Below are positions 46,453 to 57,545 of a stretch of DNA of 64,000 nucleotides, piece after piece. The notes under the pieces were generated by a model. That model did no database searches, had not been told where the DNA came from, and saw nothing but the letters and a program-made list of their open reading frames with translations. Position numbers and translations under genes: made by a program. The stretch is from Macrostomum hystrix (taxonomy: Eukaryota > Animalia > Platyhelminthes): contig CATNEN010000034.1 in assembly GCA_950097015.1 (NCBI GenBank), positions 2,418,001 to 2,482,000 of the forward strand, given 5' to 3'. Numbering within the stretch: position 1 is the stretch's first letter; each line of letters starts with the position of its first letter.

Positions 46453-49161
46453 ATACGGGTAGGCAACTGAAGTGATATGATTACTGTATCCCTCAATGAA
46501 CACTTGCCCTTAGTGACAATCTGTAGCAATTATGCAGCAGAATTGAGTAAGCCTTAAAAGTGACCTATGCAGTGTCTTCAACGTATATGGAAAGCAGGGT
46601 CCTCGATAAAAGAGTGGCTTCGCAATAAACTGATGCTTTGAGATTGCCGCTTGCATACCAGATCATGCATTTATAGATTATTTAGTAAATCAGTACAAAC
46701 GCAGTAACTGGTACGAAGCGGGGGCAACCTCATTTGAGTATATAGTGAATGTTGATTTTCAATCCTGGAATCTCACCTCTTGTAACAGTACGTATATATA
46801 GAATATTATTGCTTTCAACTAAACCTGAAAGCTAATTTGCTGCAGCAGCGAAAGGCGGTGTTAGCGCATTTATATCCACACACTGGGGTGTGCGTATGTG
46901 CTTTGGTTGTGAGGTTGGGCTGAATACAGTCGACCCTCCACTCACACACACAGAAAGCCTCCGCCTAAAATGTCTGCTTACAGCGCTCGCAAGCCATATG
47001 AATGTAATTCCACTGCATGCATGCTGTACAATATCAAGTACACGCACTGCCAGATTAGGCCCTCTTAACCAAGCGTTTTCTGTGACAGCTAAAACCCTCT
47101 CCTTGTCTCTAGAACTATGCGTATGTTGTGTGTGCTGAACCTGCAGCTGCCTGCCTGTATCTGCCCCTTCAACCCACTGCCTGACTCTCTCTCTCAATAG
47201 CATTTGAGTAAGCATTTGGTCGCCACTAGCAACCAGCATATGTATGTACAGTACACTAGCTTATTCTACCACAAATATACACTCGCTGGGGCAGGAATTA
47301 ATAGGCGAATTCTTTGTAACGCGTGCTCCTGTACGAAGTGTGCGAGCTTACGAATTTAAAGTCAGTTCGCAAACTAATTCTAAATAGCAGATTTATAAAA
47401 GCCTTTAAATCATTATCAATGCATTACTCTAACCTGTTCAATATAGTGAGACAATTTTGACTTGTGACTAATCTAAAGCAGTGGAGTGACAGTTTTAGTT
47501 AAAGTCAGCTTTGCTTTCAGAACAGCAGCGAAGCATTTCTAATAGTAAAATGAATTCTTGTGTGTTGAATATACTGAATATTGTGATATCGTGTGGAGCG
47601 TTTTTACTACTAGCCGTCGCATTTAATTTACTCGTATTTGCACCATTGGCTCGGACCCTCCGAGTCCGCTGTTCCTTCTATCCTTATTCCATTTAACAAT
47701 CGATTTGTAAATCAATTGTCTCGAAAGTTACTAAACTGACCAACTCACAAATTCGAGGTACTCTACTAGCAGTACTTTATACTCTTAGTCTGAGCTAATA
47801 GGCAGAAAACTAAAAAAACACAGCATATAAGTAATTCTGAAAATTATATTATCTGTATTATAAAAAATCTGTTCGGTGCATAGATGGAAGGCCAATCGGA
47901 CTCGAAACATCAATATGCTGCCTGAAACACCTCTTCGGCTATACACCCCGACCGACGGATAGTAGGACTGCAAGCAGCTCCTGTCAGACTCCTGTGTTCT
48001 GACCGCTACTGTCAGGCAATAAGAATTTTGCCTGTTTTTACACTGGCGAAAGCGGCAATGCTCGGCAGAAGCGGCAGTCTCTCATCAAAAGTGTGCCCCA
48101 CCTTGAGCTCCTATCGACCGGACCACTGCTCTGCTCCATCCGCACACAGTTCCCAGATGTCGGAGTCGCGGAGCTGCTCAGCTTGCTCCTAAATATACAC
48201 GGTCTCATTGAACTCATTGTAACTGAGAGTATCGTGTAAAATGCTCCAATCATGTGTCTCTGAGTTTTTTGTTTATTGCTAGCTAGCATATATGCATCAA
48301 GATGCATCAGTGCATCAATAAATAATTTACTGTTTAACATTTTGTCCTGCACTTTTTCAAATTGTCAAATTTTGCATTTTGTCCTGCATTTGTCTCTATT
48401 ACTATAAGTCTGAACATTTTCCAGTTAGTTGGCCCAGAGTACTTAAAAGCCGTCGAAGTTCACTTTTCACTTCTCACTTGTAAAAGATGTCACACTGGTG
48501 GATCGAATTGTCCCAAATGTCTTTGTTAAGACGAGTTTGGCATCAGAGTCTAAACGAAAAAACGATACGAAAGAAACGACCTATTTTGTTTTATTTTTTT
48601 TAAATTGGATTTGAAGTGATAAATGTCTCGGAAAATTCGGCAGTAGGTGAGAAAAAGTTTTTTGGTTAGCTATTTTCCATATTTCTTTTAGGTTTATGTT
48701 ATTATTGTCTGTACACTAATATTTAATATTCCTGACTTTATATGTCTAGCCAGCTAGCCTTCTATCCACTAACAAAAAATGACGTGTTTCTGACTATGAC
48801 CTATCTAATAGTGATTATAAATAGTATAAGTACTGAACTGAACTGGTAGGCCTAGGCCTACTTTGTTGCCTCGTGACTTCGCAATACTCTTAGTAAAACT
48901 TTACAAACAACATAGCAAAGCTTTGTTGCATTGAACTAACAGAAAAAATAATCAGACTGGACAGGTCATTTTAAACTTTAAAAAATGTAAAGAACTGTCT
49001 TATCTTTCACAAATGTCATAATACCTGGTCATTGCTCGCGTGGCATGCTTTTTTTCTCAAGATTTTGCATAGCAGGGGTCAAAAAACTTATTTGTCAAAA
49101 TTGAAAGTGGCTCAAAATTGAATTTGACTGTCAAAATAGAATGCAGTTTTTTCATGGCAAA

Positions 49162-49936
49162 GCTTATTTCCACAGTCCTGTGCCGATAAATTCAATTTTA
49201 TCCACACAGATCTATGCCGATAATTTTCTGCTTATTCACATGGCAGCTTGTTTGAATAGGTCTATAACTCTTTATATATGCCCGGCCATTAATTTCAATT
49301 TTATCCACATGGAGCCATGCCGATAATTTTCTGCTTATCCACATGGCAGCTTGTATGAATAGGTCTAAAACTCTTTATATAAATATGCCGTGCCGTTAAT
49401 TTCAATTTTATCCACACGGTTCTGTTCTTTAAAACGAGGCCCTTTCAGGTTTGAAAGTTTTGTTGAACCCTCGAGCCAATAGATCAACAAAGTTGCTAGT
49501 GTGTTACGACAGTGTTCTACATTTCAACCTACATATATTCATTAACTGACATTAATGTCATCCTTTTTAATTCTTTTAATAACAACTCACTAAATCTTTT
49601 GTCATCGTTATGTGTTTTCATTCGAATTGTATTGACTTAAAAAGTAAAAAGTCTATCAAAGAAAATCATACGAGTCAACCAGCAGAATTCTAGTCAGCAC
49701 CAAACTCGTCACATATTATACATCATTGTTATTCTTTTAAACTATGCATTGATAGTGTACACAATACACTATACTCTGAAGCAAAAGCCTAATGCTCAGA
49801 GAAGAATAGGTAGGGACTTGAAAGTAGACCGTGTGGATAAAAGCAGACAAGCTGCCGTGTGGATAAGCAGAATATTATCAGCACGGATCTGTGTGGATAA
49901 AATTGAAATTATTGGCACGGGACCATGGGAATAAGC
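49162..49936. mobile_element. MITE-like element with ~93-bp inverted termini and repeated TTATCCACA motifs
   Basis: 49162-49254 is an imperfect reverse complement of 49844-49936; the left arm is additionally duplicated in tandem (49283-49420). Confidence 0.7.
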
Positions 49937-51115
49937 ACTTCCATTTTTCACTCAAAGTGATACATTTTCAAAATTTTTGTAGAGCTTGTTACTAAAGAAA
50001 TTACTGTTGTTCAAAATTGAGGGTAAAATGGTGTATAACATAAACAAACTATGTATAAATATAATATATACAAATCTCTTAGTTTACTGCTTTAAATTAA
50101 CTTAGTTTAAACCTTCTTGCCAATATAATAACATGATAATAAAGGAGGATACATGACAAGTTAGGTAATTTTCTAAAAACTCCTCTAAAAACTTGAAGAG
50201 CCACTAATTAAGTGGCTCTTCAAACATGACATCAGAGGTGCTATACATTACCCTGAATATAACCTTGATGTGGGCCTAAGACCCACAATGGAAGTTTTGT
50301 GCACATTGTTGGGTCATTGGGGTCAACAAAATAAAGGCTGCCAGCCTCAGGGACAAGGTTACTGGGAGCTCTGGGCCTTCTATGCATGGCACATTCTTTG
50401 GCAAATTAGCTGAAATATATAAAAATGTATTAAAAAATTGTAATCCAGTAAGCTGAAGGATTGCCTAATTATTATCTAATGATCTATTATTTTCCTCATG
50501 GTCTGTCACTAAATTAGAAATTTGAATGAACCTTGCAAATTTAGGAAGATTCCTATTAGTATTATGTCACAAAAATTTGGAAATGCTTTGTTATGTTATC
50601 TTGTTATTTCATCCTTTATATTAAAATATTCTTTACAATATGCATGTCAATATAAGTTCTAGTGACTTACATGTAGTATGTTTTTCAAGAAGCTATCATA
50701 TTTGATACTTGCAATATCATATAACTAAGATCCCAATGTTTAGGTATATATCCCATATCAGGAAAGTGGCCTTTGCTATGGAAAATTTTGGTGCGCAATC
50801 ACTAGCCTCAATATTAGGCGCAGCTCAACCACAGTACACCATCGCCTAGTCTGTCAACCAATCAGTCACCACCCATATGCTGTTAGCTGTTAGCATTCAG
50901 GCGCTGCCCAAAAAAACTTAATAAAAACGGGCGGCAAAATGGCTTGGCAGTCCTACTGTTAATATCTAGCTATTTTCAATTGTTAGCTTATGTGAAAATG
51001 TGAAAATGAGTATGGACACTTGGCTATTAACTATTATATGCTTCCACGTCTTCCTATTACTATAACATGTGTGTATCAAATCCTACAATAACATAAGCTA
51101 CTGTTTTGCCTACAG

Positions 51116-52204
51116 CCAGGAAAGCCTCAGTCAGCAGCAGCAGCTGCTGCAGCAACATCTGTCACAGCTGCCAAACCCTGGGACTGGACAGTCACCGATG
51201 TTGACTCGCATAAAGCCACACAAGCGGAGCTTCGTCAGCGTCACGAGCGAGCAACATCAACGAATCATGGCCATCGGGTCAAGCAGCAGCAGCGTCACAG
51301 AGCAAATCGCAATGAAGCAGACTTTGACGCCGAGGCCGTTGCCATGTCGAATGCCGCAGCTAATGACAGTGTTCACCTAGCAGAACTGCTTGAACGAACC
51401 GAGACCGCTCTGGCGGCTGTTGGCGCCGTGTTTGGCGATGGCAAATCCGACAGAAGCCAGCAGAACAGGCAGCAGAACCAAGCCAAATTAGCATTGCGTC
51501 CGGCTAAGGCTGAGGTGACTGCTAATCCTAGACAGCCGGCGCCGCTACCGCCACCACAGACGGAGCCTAGATATTGTCACGCCAGCGTACAGACAATGCC
51601 CCAGACTAAGAACAGTGAAGATTGCTCTGCGGCATGGCTGCACACTTCAGCTAATAAAGAACTTTTGAGCAGGATTGAATTGGTGCGTAGTTTTGTCTCC
51701 TTTTATCTGTCACGTGACTATTACACGCATTCTAATGAATTCATGCCAGGTACACTAGCAAGCTTATCCCAGGTGTTCTTAGTTCTTAGTCTCGGCTCTT
51801 CTTAGTATTTATCCCAGGTATTCTTAGTTAGATTTATCCCAGGTATTCTTAGTAGGTTTATCCCAGGTATTCTTAGTAGGTTTATCCCAGGTATTCTTAG
51901 TAGGTTTATCCCAGGTTTTCGAACCAGTTATCCTAGACACTTGCCAACTATTTGATCCCCAATTCACATTTCGTTCCCTCTCCAGTTGGAGGCTGGTCAA
52001 CGCCGCCTGTCAGCCGAGTTGGCTTCGACTCGCAGCTCCGCAGCTGACGAGGCTGAGGCTAGCCGTCGGCTTGTCGACGCTCTGACAGCCGAACTGATGT
52101 GTCTAGCCGAGTCTGTCGGCTATCTCGAGTCTTCTGTCACCGCCCGACTGCGCCGGATCGAAGAACGGCTCGGCTTGCCCGATCCAGATCCTTCGAAAAA
52201 GTGA
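51116..52204 (+). CDS. SPICE1: Spindle- and centriole-associated protein 1-like; exons 51116-51682, 51986-52204; upstream start exon not located
   Basis: KPWDWTVTDVDSHKATQAELRQRHE resembles the conserved SPICE1 N-terminal motif ([24 protein letters not shown], recalled from memory); also LAELLERTETALAAVGAVFGD and a C-terminal coiled coil. Phase-0 GT..AG intron. Confidence 0.72.
51805..51915. repeat. 24-bp short tandem repeat in the SPICE1-like intron
   Basis: (TTATCCCAGGTATTCTTAGTAGGT)n, ~4-5 copies. Confidence 0.8.
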
Positions 52205-53588
52205 TCACTGGCAAATTTTCGTAAGAAAACATTAAAATGCTTTTACGACTACTTGCAGTAGGCATTTCGCGAAAGAAGCTAACATTTTTCCCACTAAAAA
52301 GTGCTATGTAAAAGCGTATTAAACAAAAGGGGATTTAGTTTTCGTTCGTGACACATTCTGTTAGGTAACACTATTACCATTAAAAACCAATTCTTTACCG
52401 AATGCAAGTTAAATAGCCTGCCGATATATATAGAAAACCTTTTATGAGTTATCTACTCTCCGTGTCAGTGTAAATAGTAATCGCTAAAATATATTTCAAG
52501 ACTTAGGCATATGGTACGATTCGTTTTTGCTTATCTTAGTATTTGTTAGCTCATGTTTTGAATTTATTCAAATATGCATTTTATACTACTTACTGGCTAA
52601 CTGAAGTAGCATGGTTTGCAAGCGGCATTGTTTATTATAATTACAATGTACAGTTTAAAAGTGCAGAGAAATGCCTGTCTTTCTAACAAATAAAAGTTGA
52701 ACAACAATCAGCACTTAAAGCAAACTGGAAGTTTGAATTTTATTTAAGCAAATTAATACCAACTCAACATTCTAATGATCTATTTTATTTGCTTGAGTTG
52801 CATTTTTCAAACGTAGAAAATATTCGTACAGCAAGAAGCTAGTGCCAATGCATTATTTAGAACTGAAATGTTACTTTACAGTTTAGGAGAATCCTTAGTC
52901 AGCAGACGTTTGAACAAATTTGAGCCTGAGAATCACAGAAAACGACCTGGACATATGTACGAAAATTGCGGTTGTAAAACAAAAAATAATAATTATTAGT
53001 AAAAAAATAATTTTGATGTTTGACGAAAAAGAAAAGGAGAAATACAGATGGCATTTTTGTACAAATTCCAGCATCTATTTCAAACCGGTCAAATGTCCTT
53101 TGTCTAGCTGACTAATATTAGTTGGGTATTAAAGTATAGTTTATATATATAGCAGGCCACATTAATTGTACTTTAAACGTGCTAGCAGAAAATGTTTTAT
53201 CAGTAAGCAAAAACTGAGACGAACTCAAAAAACATGAATATATATAGCTTATCATGACAGATTGCAATCTAGTTGATGATTGACATATCTTAGTGTTCGC
53301 GATGTTCAGGCAATCATCTTCAATTCTAATTTGGCCGGGTCCATTGCTGTCGGCTAGCCAGAGGCCGACCTTTTAGCTGCCTAAATTAGAATCAAAATAG
53401 GAATTTTAACCAATCAATCTTCAATTTGGCATAAAGCATTGCTTTCATGCAGGTGAGGCAATAAATTAGTGAACTTACCCTTCAGCTCTGACACAATTCA
53501 GATTCGCAACACGGTTGGAATTCTTATCTAAGTCTGAGCAGCAGATTTGTCACGAGTTCTAGCTTTAGTCACCGATTCTTATAGCCAC

Positions 53589-53838
53589 TGTCACAAAGAG
53601 GCGGCTCCCCACCTCAACCTCCTTATGGGCCCCTTTTTTAACTCCCTCCTCTCTCTCTGTCTGCCTGTCTTTGTCCTAAACGAGGCCCGCCTGCTTGCCC
53701 CAAGTTAAAAACTCGGAGAGTGTGTGAGAGAGAGGAGGTGAAGAGGTGACTCAGTCTGACCTCCCCCCCGCCAAATCCTGCCCTCGGTGTCTGGGCAGGG
53801 CTGGTGTAAAATGAATGAAAAAAACAGTTCATGTGACA
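53589..53838. mobile_element. 250-bp segment bounded by 7-bp inverted repeats TGTCACA/TGTGACA; possible solo LTR
   Basis: TG...CA termini and GC-richer interior than the flanks; no TSD seen. Confidence 0.35.
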
Positions 53839-54384
53839 TCAGTCTTACTCAGTCGATGGTACGCCTCACCTCCACGTTTTAATCAGAGGGTGAAGAACAG
53901 ACAGCGTCAACCGGCTGGTCTTTGTCCCAAGTAGTGTTTTCGCAATTATTCATAGTCTGTCTTTCTCCTAGATTTTCCCGTGTCATTTTTTCAACTTAAA
54001 ATCTCTTTAATTATTCCCCCCAAACGTTGGTGCCAGAGAGTTACGTGCGGTACGCCAACCTCAAATTGAATGAGTAATCTCTAGCTATTTGTTGCTTTAT
54101 TAATTTCAGTTATACTGTAATGTTGCGTTTGGGATTTGGGTTGTTTCGGGTTCCCACCTGGACCATACCCTACCCCCTCCGGTCCTAGTTGAGCAATGAA
54201 CAATTGGAAGATGACTCAATGCCACCGTTTGGCAAGCCCCCCCGTGAGTTTGTATCCCAAATCAAACGAAACTTAGCCTGCTTTCGAAATTGTTAGCCGC
54301 AGTTTTTAAGTGACTCATCGGGTTATATTAAAATACTTTTTTTACAGCTTTGAAACCTACAGTATGTGTAATGCGTATCATGAA

Positions 54385-55728
54385 AGGAGATGAAGGGAGA
54401 GGAGGTAATGAAGGGAGAGGAGGGAGTGAAGGGAGAGGAGGTAATGAAGGGAGAGGAGGTAGTGAAGGGAGAGGAGGTAATGAAGGGAGAGGAGGTAGTG
54501 AAGGGAGAGGAGGTAGTGAAGGGAGAGGAGGTAGTGAAGGGAGAGGAGGTAATGAAGGGAGAGGAGGTAGTGAAGGGAGAGGAGGGAGTGAAGGGACAAG
54601 GGAGAGGAGGGAGTGAAGGGACAAGGGAGAGGAGGGAGTGAAGGGACAAGGGAGAGGAGGGAGTGAAGGGACAAGGGAGAGGAGGGAGTGAAGGGACAAG
54701 GGAGAGGAGGAGGGAGTGAAGGGACAAGGGAGAGGAGGGAGTGAAGGGACAAGGGAGAGGAGGGAGTGAAGGGACAAGGGAGAGGGGGAGTGAAGGGACA
54801 AGGGAGAGGAGGGAGTGAATGGACAAGGGAGAGGAGGGAGTGAAGGGACAAGGGAGAGGAGGGAGTGAAGGGACAAGGGAGAGGAGGGAGTGAAGGGACA
54901 AGGGAGAGGGGGAGTGAAGGGACAAGGGAGAGGAGGGAGTGAAGGGACAAGGGAGAGGAGGGAGTGAAGGGACAAGGGAGAGGAGGGAGTGAAGGGACAA
55001 GGGAGAGGAGGGAGTGAAGGGACAAGGGAGAGGAGGGAGTGAAGGGACAAGGGAGAGGAGGGAGTGAAGGGACAAGGGAGAGGAGGGAGTGAAGGGACAA
55101 GGGAGAGGAGGGAGTGAAGGGACAAGGGAGAGGAGGGAGTGAAGGGACAAGGGAGAGGAGGGAGTGAAGGGACAAGGGAGAGGAGGGAGTGAAGGGACAA
55201 GGGAGAGGAGGGAGTGAAGGGACAAGGGAGAGGAGGGAGTGAAGGGACAAGGGAGAGGAGGAGGGAGTGAAGGGACAAGGGAGAGGAGGGAGTGAAGGGA
55301 CAAGGGAGAGGAGGGAGTGAAGGGACAAGGGAGAGGAGGGAGTGAAGGGACAAGGGAGAGGAGGGAGTGAAGGGACAAGGGAGAGGAGGGAGTGAAGGGA
55401 CAAGGGAGAGGAGGAGGTAGTGAAGGGAGAGGAGGTAATGAAGGGAGAGGAGGGAGTGAAGGGACAAGGGAGAGGAGGGAGTGAAGGGACAAGGGAGAGG
55501 AGGGAGTGAAGGGACAAGGGAGAGGAGGGAGTGAAGGGACAAGGGAGAGGAGGAGGGAGTGAAGGGACAAGGGAGAGGAGGGAGTGAAGGGACAAGGGAG
55601 AGGGGGAGTGAAGGGACAAGGGAGAGGAGGGAGTGAATGGACAAGGGAGAGGAGGGAGTGAAGGGACAAGGTAGAGGAGGGAGTGAAGGGACAAGGGAGA
55701 GGAGGAGGGAGTGAAGGGACAAGGGACA
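54385..55728. repeat. Purine-rich minisatellite: 18-bp units then 25-bp (GTGAAGGGACAAGGGAGAGGAGGGA)n
   Basis: Direct reading. Confidence 0.95.
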
Positions 55729-56262
55729 TATTGAGGATATAAGTGAAATGCGAATTATGCAGAAAAAAGCAGTCTTTATTCCACTTCGGCCATTGTCAGG
55801 CCCTTGACCCATTGCTTCACATGCAAGTCGGGAGCAAGTGCTTAGTCTAATCAACTCACAATCTCAATTCCCACGAGTCTCTCGGTCCGTCTCCAGCTCA
55901 GGTAAAGTAAGTAGGTGCAAATGATCAGCTTTGCTGAAATGCAGACAGACGGAAGGCATTTTAAGATAAGGGTCATTATATCCAGGCATCTCAAAAGAAG
56001 ATCATACGTATATAGGCTTCCGCAGCAATTTCTTCGGAAAAAGATTATGTTGGAGACATGCTTCCCATTAGGCACTGAGTCAGCGTGGCATTATACATTT
56101 CTAAAACGAGAGATAAGAGTCAAGACCCGCTGAGTCAATGTTAAGTGCTTTATGAAGAATCACTCTCAGAATAAGCACGTAGAAATATTACTCTACTATC
56201 GTATTGCTCAACTTGTTATCTGATTTACCTGTATCCATACTGCCAGCAGCGTTCTGCTTTAG

Positions 56263-57285
56263 ATAGCAGAGGAGAGAATGCAGGGATGGCAGAGGAGAGA
56301 ATGCAGGGATGACAGAGGAGAGAATGCAGTGATGGCAGAGGAGAGAATGCGGGGATGGCAGAGGAGAGAATGCAGGGATGGCAGAGGAGAGAATGCAGGG
56401 ATGGCAGAGGAGAGAATGCGGGGATGGCAGAGGAGAGAATGCAGGGATGGCAGAGGAGAGAATGCAGGGATGGCAGAGGAGAGAATGCAGGGATGACAGG
56501 AGAGAATGCAGGGATGGCAGAGGAGAGAATGCGGGGATGGCAGAGGAGAGAATGCAGGGATGGCAGAGGAGAGAATGCGGGGATGGCAGAGGAGAGAATG
56601 CAGGGATGGCAGAGGAGAGAATGCAGGGATGGCAGAGAAGAGAATGCAGGGATGACAGAGGAGAGAATGCAGGGATGGCAGAGGAGAGAATGCGGGGATG
56701 GCAGAGGAGAGAATGCAGGGATGGCAGAGGAGAGAATGCAGGGATGGCAGAGGAGAGAATGCAGGGATGACAGGAGAGAATGCAGGGATGGCAGAGGAGA
56801 GAATGCAGGGATGACAGGAGAGAATGCAGGGATGGCAGAGGAGAGAATGCGGGGATGGCAGAGGAGAGAATGCAGGGATGGCAGAGGAGAGAATGCGGGG
56901 ATGGCAGAGGAGAGAATGCAGGGATGGCAGAGGAGAGAATGCAGGGATGGCAGAGGAGAGAATGCGGGGATGGCAGAGGAGAGAATGCAGGGATGGCAGA
57001 GGAGAGAATGCAGGGATGGCAGAGGAGAGAATGCAGGGATGACAGGAGAGAATGCAGGGATGGCAGAGGAGAGAATGCGGGGATGGCAGAGGAGAGAATG
57101 CAGGGATGGCAGAGGAGAGAATGCAGGGATGGCAGAGGAGAGAATGCAGGGATGGCAGAGGAGAGAATGCAGGGATGACAGAGGAGAGAATGCAGGGATG
57201 GCAGAGGAGAGAATGCAGGGATGACAGGAGAGAATGCAGGGATGGCAGAGGAGAGAATGCAGGGATGGCAGAGGAGAGAATGCGG
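56263..57285. repeat. 23-bp minisatellite (GCAGAGGAGAGAATGCAGGGATG)n
   Basis: Period 23. Confidence 0.95.
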
Positions 57286-57545
57286 TGAGTAAATCAGAAT
57301 TTCATAAAATTCAAGGATATGGCAAATGTTGATCAACTACTTGTAAGTAGCATGATGAAAAATAAATAAAAAAGGCAAATATCCTTGCAGAGTGGCAGAG
57401 ATTAACTAGCTTTGAAAATATTTTGTCTATGGCCATTCTACTAGTCTTGTTAATCCACCAATACAGATTTCTGTTTATTTCGCAAATGTTTCTATAGCAT
57501 ATAGACTGGTATTGTTTAAGACATCAAATTTAAGCACACTTAATA

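Noticed and set aside
46832-47239. LINE endonuclease-like VLAVTENAWL motif
   Set aside because: A single weak motif; the other APE motifs and any RT are absent.
51069-51380. 103-aa Gln/Ser-rich ORF as the coding frame
   Set aside because: The overlapping frame starting at acceptor 51116 is continuous with the 51344 ORF and carries the SPICE1-like motif.
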